Shown here piece by piece: positions 9,501-19,347 of a DNA stretch of 64,000 nucleotides; position 1 is the first letter of the stretch; each line of letters opens with the position of its first letter. Made by a program: the position numbers and the translations under genes. The stretch is from Thecamonas trahens ATCC 50062. Lineage: Eukaryota; Protista; Apusomonadida. The stretch covers positions 390,244-454,243 of the forward strand of contig NW_013657672.1 in assembly GCF_000142905.1 (NCBI RefSeq), in the 5' to 3' direction. The notes below the pieces were generated by a model. That model was not told the origin of the DNA and searched no databases. It saw nothing but the letters and a program-made list of their open reading frames with translations.

Positions 9501-12500
9501 GCTCCTGACCCGAAGCCGAGAGCTTGAGCGTCTGGAACGACATGGTCTCCGGGAAAGCGTGCTCAAAGAGGTACCACGCAATCGCGGTTGCCGACGGCGC
9601 CAGGAGCTTGTACAGCAAGCCCATCTGCTCGGCGTCCTTGAGGTCGAGCAACTGCAGCGGCCAGAGGTCAGTGAACTCCTCGCCAGCCGGCGCGATTTCA
9701 ACGCCAGGCCGCCGCTCGCCAACCTCACCGCCACCGCCACGGACTGTACCGCCGGCGGCCTCAACCCACTCGCGGTACTTGACGACCGATGGCCGGTTTG
9801 CGTACGGCCCATACTCGTGGATCATGCACCCACGCAGCGAGCTGAGCACTGTCTTAAAGTCGCTCCACCGAAGGCCCTCGTACCGGTACGCAAGGATGGA
9901 GAGGCCGATGACAATGTCAGGGTGCGAGAACTCGGACGCTTCAGACGGCCGGTCCTTGCCCACAAATGGCACTGCGAGCAGCTTGCGCGACGTTGGCATG
10001 AACGATCCGCGCTTGGCAGCGAGCGCAATGTCGCTCGCCGCGAGTAGACCATACGACACGCGGTTGATTTTGGCAAGTGCATGGGGCAGAAACGAGGTGA
10101 GCCACTCGTGTCCGAGATTAAGCATTTTGAGCGCCTCGTCGTCAAGGTGCGCGCTCGCCTTGGCCACCACTTCGCTTGACGCCCGCGACCCGCGGAGCAG
10201 GTACTCGCCGACTTCCTCGGCAGAGAGCGCACGGACGCCGTGGTCGACCACCCAGAGCGCAGTCCACTGCGCGAGCAGCGGAAGCAGTTCGCGGGTGAAG
10301 AACGCCTTGTCGAGCACCACCACGTGCGGCGTCATCTGCAGCGCTTGGCTTGCGGCGCCCGCATCGATGGCCGCCTTGATGGCCTCGAGCACCCGCAGCG
10401 CCACCCGCGACTCGCCGTAGTCGACCGTCAGCTGGCCGGTCTGGGCGTAAAAGATGGCGTCGAGGACATGCCATGGCAGCTGCCACCGCAGGCCCGCCGA
10501 CGTAAAGTCGAGTGGCTCCTTGGCACCGAGCGGCCAGTTGAGCTCCGACTTGAGTGGGTGCAGGATCCAGTCAACCTCGTCGAGGAGCTCCACGCCGGTG
10601 TTGAACAGGGAGAGAATGTCGACGCAGACCTGGGCCTGGGCCTTGAGCTCGGCCACGGCCTCGGACGAGACCCGCGAGGACCAGGTCGAGACCGAGGTTG
10701 TCACCGATTTGGAGACCGACTTGAACCAGCCGGACATCTTGGCCGACATCGAGTCATCACTGGTTTGCGGCGCGGGCCCGGTGCCACCCTCAAACGCGCC
10801 CTGCTGCTCGAGCATGTGCATGAGTTCCACAAACTTGATGGCAAACGACTTGAGGCTCGACGGAGTCGAGACCACAACCGCATTGGTCTCGCGCGCCTTG
10901 AGGAGCTTGGCGTGCAGCTGCGGCGTGACCGGCGTCGAGCGTGTAAAGACAAAGGTGTAGACCGGCTTACAGATGAGCGAGGAGAAGCGCTCGCGCATGA
11001 CGCCACGAGAAAACTCGAGCAGTGCGCCTGGCACACACTGGACCACCAGCGTCGACTGCGAGCCAAGGAGGAGCGCAAGGAGGGGGCCAACCACCGTTGT
11101 CTTGCCCGCACCCATGATCATCTGGTGGCAGAGCGACGAGCCGGCCTTGAATGCCGCCTCAAACTTGGCCACGAGCGCCACCTGGGCGCCACGGAGCATG
11201 ATGTTTGTCGCGTACTCAAACACGAGGTACCGCGGGTCGTAGCCATAGTCGGTCCGCGACACATAGTGCCGCTCGGTCGCCAGTGCACCAGCCAGCGAGG
11301 AAGCCTTGAGCACCAGGCCCTGCTGGAGTGTGTCAAGCTCGGGCGAACCGGCCAGAGCCGGACCGCGGACTGCCAGTTGGCGAAGCATCTTACCTAGCTC
11401 TTGCGCCGCTGAAATGGCTCGCGCCGTCTGGCCAACTCGGTTGACAAGAAGGAGGACGCTGGCAATCTGCTGCTCCAGTGCCGCGAGTTGGTCACGGTCG
11501 AGGAACGGGTTGAACGCACTCAGCTTGCCCACGCCCTCGTTGTCGAGCATCCACGCCACCAGCAGCTCCATCCATGCATGGAGCTGGAAGCCAGCATCCT
11601 GCAAGAGGCCAAAGACAAGCCGGTCACGCGAGCCCGACCCAACGTTGTTGGCAGCTTCGAGGAGGGTGAAGATGAGCTCCAGAGCGCGCTGGGTATCGCT
11701 CGAGTGCTGGGTGACAAGAACGGCCTCAATGTCCGCGACCCAGGCGGCAGCGGCGTTGACACCAGAAACTGAAGACTGGACACCGGCGGCGAGCGCGCCA
11801 ATGTTGGCGGTGGTGAGCTTGGCGAGCTGCGGCGCCGTCGCACTGTTTGTCCGCGTGGCAAAGTACTCGCAGTCGCCGGCGAGCCGCTCGATCATGGCCG
11901 ACGCGATGTGGCTCTTGGCGTACGGATGGGCCGCCACATCAAAGGGAAGCGCAGCGTCGACTGGTTCGGCAACAGCCGGCAGCTGGACCACATACTTGTC
12001 GAGGCCGAGGACCGAGAGCGGAGCAGCGGCAAAGGCGGCGAGCTCGGCACCCGAAACTGCACTCGACTCGCCCAGGACCCGGCGTGCACAGCCGTACGAG
12101 ACGATGCGCGGCGAGCCGATGCCAGCCTTGAGAGCAGCGCGCGACGAGTCTGGGACGTCTAGCGCGAGCGAGGTCGGCGGCGAGAAGGTGGCGGCGAGGT
12201 TGGGGACGCATGGCCAGGCGAGCGACGACGAGCGGGCGTTGAGGACCGAGTGGATCTGCGAGAGAAAGTCGAGGGTGGCTGAGCCCTTTTGGAACATGCC
12301 CTTGACCGCCGACGGAATGTACTTGCTCGAGGTGTCGGCGGCCTTCTTGGCCTGGAGCAGCGCCGAGTACGATGGCAGCTCGCCCGAAGTGGCCACGGCC
12401 GGATTGGCCATGCATATGCGCAGAATCGACATAAGGTTCGAGGTCGAGCATGTCTGCTTGGTCGGCGCAGTCCGGACAAGCGCCTCGGCGAGCGCGCTTG

Positions 12501-15500
12501 GCGAGTCCGACGGGAGGAGCTGGATCTTGAGAGCGCCGATGAGGAGCTCGTAGAAGAAGACAAAACCAAGCGAGGAGTCATCGCCGACAACTCGGAGGCC
12601 GGTCGAGAGAGCCTTGACCAGGAACTTGACGGCCGACGCACCAGTTGCTGAGACAGGCGACGCGTACTGCGGGAGCGCTCGCGAGCCTGCCGAGAACTTG
12701 GAGACCGACGAGAGCGCCGACTTGTCGACGACGCCGTCAAAGTGGGCAAGCTCCGGATGGGGAGTGGGCGGCGGCGTGAGCGCCATGGTCCCGCGCACCC
12801 CACTCTGCAGAACCCGCAGGTACTCGCTGCGGTTGCGGAGAATGTACGAGGCTGCGAGAGCTTGCGGGCCGATGAGGTCGAGGACCTCGCGCTCTTCGTC
12901 CGGCGTCAGCCGCGTCGCAATGGGCACGTACTCGCGGCCGCGAACGTAGGCTGCCATCTCCTTGGCCAGGCTCCAGGCGACAGGCATAGCCGTTCGCGAC
13001 GCGGCAGTGGCCAGCGAGATGCGGAGACGGACAGCGTTGGCGCCGGGCGACTGATCCGAGCCAAGGAACTCAAGGAGCTCAAAGATCTGCGCCTCCTCTG
13101 GCGAGAGCGCAGTGTCGGAGACAGCGGCGGCAGCCATGCGTGCCACGCGGTCGTACTGGCGCGACATGAAGCGGAGGAGGAGGAGGTAGAGGGTGGCCGA
13201 GAGCGTCGGCGCAATGAGGAAGGTACGCGACGCGTGGACCGCATACAGATACGTCCGCACGTCACCGAGATTACCGAGCCACTCGCGCGATGAGCGGTTG
13301 AGCAAAATGCCCGAAGGGAAGGCCTGTCCGGTGTCTGGGCGGGCAGGCATGCACGCGGCAGGAACGAGGACAAAGAGCTCGCGGTTTCCGTTTTGCAGAA
13401 GGATAGCATTGCCGAGCCCATCGAGGAGCTGCTCGGTCATAACGCACCGGTGGTTCGAGATGAACAGCCCGGCGTAGTCGTTTGAGTAGAGGACCGGCGC
13501 GCCGTCGGGCCCCGGGCGGGCGTCAAACGTCAACCGGAGCCGCGGGAGCTCAACTCGGGCGACCTGTGGCGGGGCATGAGACCAGACCAGGATGTGCGAG
13601 AGAGTCTCGAGGCGGGTGAGGACAGCGGCAAGCGAGGCCAGATGCGAGCCAGCCGCCGCCATCATCGGGTTGAGGAGCGTGAGAACCGGTGCGTTCGGAT
13701 CCGGCTTGAGGAACGCTTGAGCAGCGTTGGGCGGCGGGGCAGAGGACATGTCGTTTGCTCCGACAATGGGAGCGGCGTCGTCGTCGCTTGCTGCAGCGTC
13801 GCCCAGTGTGAGGTCGGCACCGTTGTCGATGAGAAGGGTGCGGGTGATGATGCCGCGGGTGGCGAGTGGGTTGTGCTCACCAGAGCTCGTCTCGCCGAGG
13901 GCCAGCGAGATGGTGATGAGCGACGGCGGCCGGGTCTCGTCGCGGCTTGCGTCGCCGTCGCACCGAAGATAGCCAGTGAGTGAGTCGTCGTCGTTTTGCC
14001 AAAAGGCATACTCGTCCAGAAGCGCGGCTGGCACAATGCCGCGGAGGGTGCGCTCGGGGACAAAGACCTGGCGACCGAGCTGCGCCGTGAGGGTGCGGGT
14101 GACCACGACCGAGGGGCGGCGCGGGTAGGCAGCGTCGTAGTCCCCCGAGATGGCCTGGTTGATGCCGGAGCCCAGGGTCATGAGCATGGGCTCGGCGTCC
14201 GAGTGGGTGTACTCGGCCGACGACGAGAAGATGAGCCTGCGGTAGAAGCGGCGGCCGTACTCAAAGACATCGTAGATGTGAACGACGGCCGGGTTGCGGA
14301 AGACGACAAACTCACGGAGGGTGCGGACGCTCGATGCACCCTTGAGGCCTGGTAAGCGCGAGTCGCCGGCGTCTGGAGCCGAGTCTGCGACGACGGGAGC
14401 GTCGTCGTCCGAGTCTCCAGCAAACGGGTCATCGGCGCCCATGCCCTGCGGAGCGGTGGCGTCGAGGGCGGTGCGGACACGGGCAGCACCGATGGCGACA
14501 CACGCATTGGCGTACGAGCCCTGAGCAAACTTGACGGTGAGGCCCTTGAGCGCAAATGGGGCGATGGGCGCGAGCGCGGCCCGAACCCAGGCCTCCGGCC
14601 CAGTGAGCGACGAGAGCGAGCGGGTGAAGAGCGAGGAGGCAAACGGGCGCGGATCGAGGGTAAGCCACTGGTGGACATCGTGGCGCTTGCCGACGAGGCG
14701 GAGCCAAGTCCGGTGGACGGTGGACTGGACAAGGACAGCCTGGAGGCGGTCGGCGCCGGAAGCGGACTTGCCGTAGGCGGCGGTAAAGTCTGCGGCTTCA
14801 CCAATCTCGTCGTCGAGCAACTGCATGGTGTTCTTCTTGAGGGTAAACTCACCGAGCTGGACGTTGATCTCGGTCCCGACCGAGTCTGTGGTGACACGGC
14901 GGAGCCAATCCTCGTACGACTCGCCGTCGAGCGGAGCCATGGACGCCTTGAGCGAGTCCTCGGTGTCCGGCACAAATCGGCCAGAGCAGAACGGGCGCGG
15001 GAGCGAGGCCCAGTTGCGTGGCGGCGGCGCCGAGGGGTCGTGAACAGCGGCAAGCGAGCCGGCAAAGGTGACGACGCGGATGATGGCCTCAAGGATGGCG
15101 TTTGCGGCCGGGGGATGATTCTTGAGGTAGGCCTCGAGCTTGACACGGTGCTTTTGGAAGAGCTCGAAGAGTTCCATTTGGCTGATGTACAGCTCGGTGT
15201 TGAGCTTGTCGCCGGGGGCGTCCGGATCTTCGCGCGAGGCACCCTCGTCAGGCGTGCCGTGGCCAAGCGATGTCGGCGCGTCGAGCGAGAAGCGGTAGTT
15301 GATGTTGAGGAAGATCTGCGCCGAGAGAAGCGCGGTGGCAGCCTGGTCATCGAGCGACGCCGGGGTGGCGGCCTTGTACAGGTACGCAATGTGGGCATGG
15401 ACGACGCAAGCGGTGGCGACGTCGCGGTCACGGAGCGCACGCATCCGCCAGCCCTCTAGCATAGAAAAGACGCGGCCGTGAAGGTCTGCTGTGACCGAAG

Positions 15501-18500
15501 CCGCCAGGTTGGCCAGTGGACCAACGAGGCCGGCTGGAACGGCAAGGTCGCGCGGGAGCTGCAGATCGCGCGGGAGGAGAGCGACGAGGTCGGGGTGGTC
15601 GTTGCCAGCGTAGCCGTTGGCGGCGAGTAGAACAAGCATGTACTCGTGGACGCGGACAAGAACGCGGATGACAAAGAGGAGGACCGGCGACGAGGTTGGG
15701 GCAAACTTGCCCGTGTCAAGCTCGAGGACGAGGTCGAGAAGCTTGCGGAGGGCGGAGAGGACGACAAACGGCGAGTGTCGGAGCTCGTTGAAGAGGAGGC
15801 CGTTTGCGGTGGCAAGGGCCTCGGGGTGGGCGTCGGCGTCGAGCGGAACAGAGTCTGGTGCGTCGGCGAGCGCGTCGGCGTCTGGACGTGCGGCCCATGC
15901 GCCGGGCTCAAAGAGAACTGCCTCGATGACATCCTGCAGCTCGAGGGCATCAAGGGCATGAATGCGACCCTCGTCGGCGAAAAAGTCGAGGATGAGCGGG
16001 ATGCGGATGTAAGGTGCGGTGAGGTAGGAGAGGAGGAGCTCCGAGTCGCGCGAGGTGAGGCGGCCGTCAAAGGTGGGAACGGAGGGGAGGTGGAGGACGT
16101 CAGCCTCAGAGGCGATGTCCTCACCAGCGAGGACAGACGGATCGCCACCGGTAGGCGGAGCGCGCGGGAGCGAGACGTGGATGAGCTTTGAGAACTTTGC
16201 GCCCCACTTTGCGCCGACGATCTTGGTCACGCCCTTGGCCACGGCCTTGCCGACCTTGCCTGCAGCGAGCTCCTTGCCAAAGGCCGAAACCTTGAACCCA
16301 TTGGCTGGGTTGGTGTACTTCCAGGCGAGAGCGGCGTCGGCGACACGCCAGCGGCGAAGCGGTGGCAGGGCGTCCGAGGTCGGGGCCATGCAGAGCTTAA
16401 AGGTGAAGACGATGTCACGAAAGTAGGCGAGCTGCGGGTAGTTGTCGACGAGCAGCGGGTCTTCGCCAGAGAGGTAGAGCGGGAGGCGGGATGACTCTGC
16501 TGGGAAGCCCATGGCGATGCAGATCTGGGAGAGCAGACGGGCGTCACCGGACGAGAGAGTGCGCGACGACTCGTAGCCAAAGATGACGTGATCGTTGTCG
16601 AGCATTGCCTCGAGGCCGGTAAAGTAGTCGAGAACCTTTGTGCGGGCCACGACATAGGCCGGCTCGAGGAAGCGCATGGTGCGCGACTCGACGGCAAAGG
16701 CGCCGATGCGGAAGCCAAACGGAGCGACCGGACCGGGGGCTGATCCGGCGTAGTGGGCAGAGAAAACGGAAGGGATGTCAGTGGCGGTGACGCGGAGGAC
16801 GGCATCGGCGACGGCGGCCATGGCGGCAAAGGTGAGGATGCGGAGGGCATCGAGCGAGCGGGTGACCTTGACCGAGAGTGAAGCGGCGGCAAAGTGACGA
16901 AAGAGCATGTGGATGAGGGCGACGATGTCCTTCTGGGTCTCGTGGCGCATGGGCGTGTCCCGCCAGAAGCACGGATGATCGATGGCTGGCGGGAGCGGGG
17001 TGGGGAGGACGCGAGTGAAGAGCGAGGAGATGAGGGCGACGCGGACGGCGTACGAGTTCTTGACCAGACTCGCCTGGTTGGCGAGGAGGGTCGAGACCGA
17101 GACGCAGTGGCGGAGCGCCTGGGCGGCCTCGTCGAGCGTGGTCACGGTCTCGGGTACAAGCGTGAGCTGCATGGGGCGGAGGATGGGCGGCGGCGCTGGC
17201 TCGCCGGCGAGATGGTCGACGCTCGAGTCGCGGACAAAGCGGTCAAAGAGCGGCCAAGCTCCCTCGTCGTCGGCGGCGGCGCCAGGCGCGGCCTCGAGCG
17301 CAAGCTCTGGCGGGAAGATCGGGTTAGACTTGCGGGCGAGGGTCCATGCAGAAGACGCGAGCTGCTCGGTGATGGCCTTGGCGGTCGCGAGCTGCGATTG
17401 CGAAATGAGTGCGTCCGGGACAAGCTGGGCGATGAGGGCGTAGCGTCGAGCAGTCTCGCGGGCAACAACCGAGACAAGGACGTACTCTGAGGGTGAGAGA
17501 AAAGGGGCGGCAGCGAGCTGGCCTGTGACAGCCGACGCGATGCTGAGCTTGAGCACGCCGTCCATGACGTCTGCAGCACGGCTGGCGACGCCTGCGGTGC
17601 GAAGGAGGTAGCGGAAGGTGGACGCGACGGCGAGGCCGGCCGACGGATCAGGGCCGCGCGGCGGCGGGAAGAACTCGAGGGCGACCGAGACGTCTGGCGA
17701 GGCGGCGGCAACATTGACCGGCGTTTGTGCCAGGTGCGGGAGGACGTGCTGGTAGAGCCAGAGCGGGCCGCAGGTCGGCTGCGGGTAGAAGAGCGGGAAG
17801 CAGTAGAGGAACCAAAAGGCCGAGTCGTGGACCCGCTCGGCGGCGATGTTGGGGATGGAGAGCGAGCGGGCCCGGAGCTCGGCACCCTCGGGCGGCGCAA
17901 AGGTGTGTGGGTGGTACTGTAAGCCGGACCCAGTGTTGGTGAGGGTAAACTCGTAGGTGCCAGGCGTCGTGCACTTGAGCGCACCAACAACCATGTGAGT
18001 GGGCGTGGGCTCGGGATCGGCCTCGGTCGGCGGCGGGGCAACCCAGCCGCCCGGGACAAGGAGCACGCCGCCGGGCGGGAGGGCGCGGACGGCAGCCACC
18101 AGCTGCTCGAGAAGAGCCACGAGGGCAGAGTCGCGGCGGAACGAACGCGACGAGGCCAGCTCAGCCATCTTGGCAGCAAGCGCCTCGCCGGCGCGCAGGG
18201 TGGCGATGGCGGCGTCGATAGTGGCGGGCGGAACGGCAGACGGGACCAGGGCAGCGAGCGCCGGCGACGTCCTCACGGCTTCGGCAGCCTCGGCGATGAG
18301 GCCGAGCGCACAGCTGACGTTGCCGAGCGACGGCGCAACCGTGGCACGATAGACTGAAGCCTCGTCGCCGGCATCGCCGCCGTCGAGGTACGGGTCGGCA
18401 AAGATGTCGGCGACGGCCGGCTCTCGCCACAGAAACTGTGATCTGCCGGGCGATGCACCTGTCGCGGCGGTGGGAGCAGATGCAGCAGATGCAGCAGATG

Positions 18501-18729
18501 CAGCAGCAGCAGCAGCGGCGGCGGCGGTGGTAGCCGCGGCGTCGTCGTCGACCGCTGACGACGTCGCCGAGCTGAACTGCGAGTCGTCGACTTGTAGCGT
18601 TTGCGACGGTGGAGTGTAGGTCGGGGCAGGCGTGGGCTGGACAAGACCATACTCTTGCGACGTCTCCTTGATAGCAGATGCCGCCGAGTCGTAGGCCTCT
18701 TCCGCTTGTTGCTTGAACTTTTTCCACAT
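6349..18729 (-). CDS. Giant (~4,126 aa) DUF3638/DUF3645-family protein with SF2-helicase-like motifs, QE repeat, four EF-hands and C-terminal Vps62/DUF946-like domain
   Basis: Single long ORF, first ATG at 18729 (MWKKFKQQ). Motifs HQMIMGAGKTT, LLDEVDWILHP, LLAVPFVGKDRPSEASEFSHPD, GFSGTP, ALIDTGAL, FYDQVHTTGMD, DYAQGAFRMR, (QE)n. EF loops DTDGDGSLSASE, DGDGDGRLSLEE, DHDADGVLTTDE, DVSRDGRIDFAE. Tail VWRGVAPSEHYAVLGMVAT...VRCVHKSW. Confidence 0.85.
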   Translation of the reverse strand: MWKKFKQQAEEAYDSAASAIKETSQEYGLVQPTPAPTYTPPSQTLQVDDSQFSSATSSAVDDDAAATTAAAAAAAAASAASAASAPTAATGASPGRSQFLWREPAVADIFADPYLDGGDAGDEASVYRATVAPSLGNVSCALGLIAEAAEAVRTSPALAALVPSAVPPATIDAAIATLRAGEALAAKMAELASSRSFRRDSALVALLEQLVAAVRALPPGGVLLVPGGWVAPPPTEADPEPTPTHMVVGALKCTTPGTYEFTLTNTGSGLQYHPHTFAPPEGAELRARSLSIPNIAAERVHDSAFWFLYCFPLFYPQPTCGPLWLYQHVLPHLAQTPVNVAAASPDVSVALEFFPPPRGPDPSAGLAVASTFRYLLRTAGVASRAADVMDGVLKLSIASAVTGQLAAAPFLSPSEYVLVSVVARETARRYALIAQLVPDALISQSQLATAKAITEQLASSAWTLARKSNPIFPPELALEAAPGAAADDEGAWPLFDRFVRDSSVDHLAGEPAPPPILRPMQLTLVPETVTTLDEAAQALRHCVSVSTLLANQASLVKNSYAVRVALISSLFTRVLPTPLPPAIDHPCFWRDTPMRHETQKDIVALIHMLFRHFAAASLSVKVTRSLDALRILTFAAMAAVADAVLRVTATDIPSVFSAHYAGSAPGPVAPFGFRIGAFAVESRTMRFLEPAYVVARTKVLDYFTGLEAMLDNDHVIFGYESSRTLSSGDARLLSQICIAMGFPAESSRLPLYLSGEDPLLVDNYPQLAYFRDIVFTFKLCMAPTSDALPPLRRWRVADAALAWKYTNPANGFKVSAFGKELAAGKVGKAVAKGVTKIVGAKWGAKFSKLIHVSLPRAPPTGGDPSVLAGEDIASEADVLHLPSVPTFDGRLTSRDSELLLSYLTAPYIRIPLILDFFADEGRIHALDALELQDVIEAVLFEPGAWAARPDADALADAPDSVPLDADAHPEALATANGLLFNELRHSPFVVLSALRKLLDLVLELDTGKFAPTSSPVLLFVIRVLVRVHEYMLVLLAANGYAGNDHPDLVALLPRDLQLPRDLAVPAGLVGPLANLAASVTADLHGRVFSMLEGWRMRALRDRDVATACVVHAHIAYLYKAATPASLDDQAATALLSAQIFLNINYRFSLDAPTSLGHGTPDEGASREDPDAPGDKLNTELYISQMELFELFQKHRVKLEAYLKNHPPAANAILEAIIRVVTFAGSLAAVHDPSAPPPRNWASLPRPFCSGRFVPDTEDSLKASMAPLDGESYEDWLRRVTTDSVGTEINVQLGEFTLKKNTMQLLDDEIGEAADFTAAYGKSASGADRLQAVLVQSTVHRTWLRLVGKRHDVHQWLTLDPRPFASSLFTRSLSSLTGPEAWVRAALAPIAPFALKGLTVKFAQGSYANACVAIGAARVRTALDATAPQGMGADDPFAGDSDDDAPVVADSAPDAGDSRLPGLKGASSVRTLREFVVFRNPAVVHIYDVFEYGRRFYRRLIFSSSAEYTHSDAEPMLMTLGSGINQAISGDYDAAYPRRPSVVVTRTLTAQLGRQVFVPERTLRGIVPAALLDEYAFWQNDDDSLTGYLRCDGDASRDETRPPSLITISLALGETSSGEHNPLATRGIITRTLLIDNGADLTLGDAAASDDDAAPIVGANDMSSAPPPNAAQAFLKPDPNAPVLTLLNPMMAAAGSHLASLAAVLTRLETLSHILVWSHAPPQVARVELPRLRLTFDARPGPDGAPVLYSNDYAGLFISNHRCVMTEQLLDGLGNAILLQNGNRELFVLVPAACMPARPDTGQAFPSGILLNRSSREWLGNLGDVRTYLYAVHASRTFLIAPTLSATLYLLLLRFMSRQYDRVARMAAAAVSDTALSPEEAQIFELLEFLGSDQSPGANAVRLRISLATAASRTAMPVAWSLAKEMAAYVRGREYVPIATRLTPDEEREVLDLIGPQALAASYILRNRSEYLRVLQSGVRGTMALTPPPTPHPELAHFDGVVDKSALSSVSKFSAGSRALPQYASPVSATGASAVKFLVKALSTGLRVVGDDSSLGFVFFYELLIGALKIQLLPSDSPSALAEALVRTAPTKQTCSTSNLMSILRICMANPAVATSGELPSYSALLQAKKAADTSSKYIPSAVKGMFQKGSATLDFLSQIHSVLNARSSSLAWPCVPNLAATFSPPTSLALDVPDSSRAALKAGIGSPRIVSYGCARRVLGESSAVSGAELAAFAAAPLSVLGLDKYVVQLPAVAEPVDAALPFDVAAHPYAKSHIASAMIERLAGDCEYFATRTNSATAPQLAKLTTANIGALAAGVQSSVSGVNAAAAWVADIEAVLVTQHSSDTQRALELIFTLLEAANNVGSGSRDRLVFGLLQDAGFQLHAWMELLVAWMLDNEGVGKLSAFNPFLDRDQLAALEQQIASVLLLVNRVGQTARAISAAQELGKMLRQLAVRGPALAGSPELDTLQQGLVLKASSLAGALATERHYVSRTDYGYDPRYLVFEYATNIMLRGAQVALVAKFEAAFKAGSSLCHQMIMGAGKTTVVGPLLALLLGSQSTLVVQCVPGALLEFSRGVMRERFSSLICKPVYTFVFTRSTPVTPQLHAKLLKARETNAVVVSTPSSLKSFAIKFVELMHMLEQQGAFEGGTGPAPQTSDDSMSAKMSGWFKSVSKSVTTSVSTWSSRVSSEAVAELKAQAQVCVDILSLFNTGVELLDEVDWILHPLKSELNWPLGAKEPLDFTSAGLRWQLPWHVLDAIFYAQTGQLTVDYGESRVALRVLEAIKAAIDAGAASQALQMTPHVVVLDKAFFTRELLPLLAQWTALWVVDHGVRALSAEEVGEYLLRGSRASSEVVAKASAHLDDEALKMLNLGHEWLTSFLPHALAKINRVSYGLLAASDIALAAKRGSFMPTSRKLLAVPFVGKDRPSEASEFSHPDIVIGLSILAYRYEGLRWSDFKTVLSSLRGCMIHEYGPYANRPSVVKYREWVEAAGGTVRGGGGEVGERRPGVEIAPAGEEFTDLWPLQLLDLKDAEQMGLLYKLLAPSATAIAWYLFEHAFPETMSFQTLKLSASGQELGGELLFGRRVGFSGTPSDLVPLEFGKCHFERGDDGKIMHFLTSPQVMTHRVLAPGWTVKSVLDAVAQANPPYHALIDTGALVTGYSNYEVAEYLLDAGLEGMDGVVYLDEADCKMILLRAGRKVMKLAACGVAKAKRFSFYDQVHTTGMDIKQHFTAKAAITLGKDMTFRDYAQGAFRMRGIGQGQTLDILIIPEVANLIERQVAAGRGPSRGAARTDMLANVAAWLNINQMKSEKLQFNLLCEQNLGNLWRKAAFGQLTADKTFASVPSDALALFREPVDMSVANCVPQLTSYTQKLEAAVADHAPFLSAQASSTASEIISMVSATEKAAPAAESDAADDAKERSFGSEQVQEQEQEQEQEQEQEQEMEIEKEQERVPMQAAAVKYARDGEGPHTYTLAQLAEHTGVGSSSPLYPLSDFSVATKAGPSPVMAFPAFVGLSNNYYPAAWSEGVRSGSSKYRRIKNVVVVLELVPTTSTPSGGEADGGGLTPGQREALQSAFALYDTDGDGSLSASETRELLKALDVDVASGGAGAVAAVMDGDGDGRLSLEELEAAMAGHTFYGLDESRHFVAVDLAEAASLRRAIHLAKTSGSLGGVFGENVNGLGFSLRVGSRVLDATPGFRAASPYQALMAESVLRYFDSDTDYADKALNMLLRALQKNELGLRAAFFERARAARRRSQAPWHETPLARLFVTQDEFHLLQFRATVARIRALMRARGLFLRDAFRAFDHDADGVLTTDELYAGLRWLGLDMTPGSLKDLVQAMDVSRDGRIDFAEFRETFTDPDDEEWSRSANVASVADGPAQVGAVVPVVPVVPAVTAPAGSSDAPGPSTAVGAPGSCPVASDVLAQIEVSMEVCKDFTEVWNSKGSMAKSKGSIWAPKDGMLKARNKEAVVVGHAAASSHKAPKKGEVYSLVVRDRSVTRFQKSDVLGEVIAFFAPPVARWHLAWKCTRGKTEVYVWRGVAPSEHYAVLGMVATNSSEPPPVDMVRCVHKSWLVAGGAATSVWRDASGKELFRVGGLGLLWAGAAPPPDAVWTLRGEEFVCPRP

Positions 18730-19245
18730 GGTACGCTTTGTGGGTGAAGAGCTGAGGGTGCACCTGAGACTTGTGACCCGACCCGTGAGCGAACAAAAAA
18801 GGCTCAGCGAGCGTTCCGGACAGAGTTTTTGCGTTTGAGCAAACGAGTGGCCGAACGAGTTGTCGTCGGCAAAGGGCGTGGCGTGGTTGGGGGGTGAAAG
18901 GGCGAGACAAAGGCACACCGCTCTCGAGTATATTTACCTGGGACGGCGTCAACTTTTGTTCACAGCTCATGGTACGCCAACTCTTCCTTCCTTCTTCCCC
19001 CCTCGTCTACCTCCCGGCTCATGCGCTATGCCTCTGCATTTGAGCGCGTGCTTGCGCAGCCTTTCTCTCTCTGTTTCTGTCTGCCGCCATACTGGGCGCA
19101 GGGGGGGGGGGGGGGAAGGGGGCTCGCAGCAGAGGGTGTGGGATTATGGTGGCGAATTGTTTTTTTTTGCCTTTGTTTGATTGGAGCACCGACTGCCGTC
19201 TGTCGACTACCTTGGGCAAGGCAAGACCAGTCGAGGCTGGAAAGG

Positions 19246-19347
19246 GTGTGTGGGCGGTGACGAGAAACAGATGTTCATCGCTAGAACCGTTGATGCCTCA
19301 AAGAGGCCATGAAAATACACTTCTCTTGGCTGTCTGAGCCCACACAC
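19246..19347 (+). ncRNA. Box C/D snoRNA, U53/SNORD53-like
   Basis: Perfect 10-bp terminal stem GTGTGTGGGC/GCCCACACAC, C box GTGACGA (19257), D box CTGA (19334). Guide TTCTCTTGGCTGT is complementary to conserved LSU rRNA ACAGCCAAGGGAA and matches the recalled 3' end of vertebrate U53. Confidence 0.85.
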
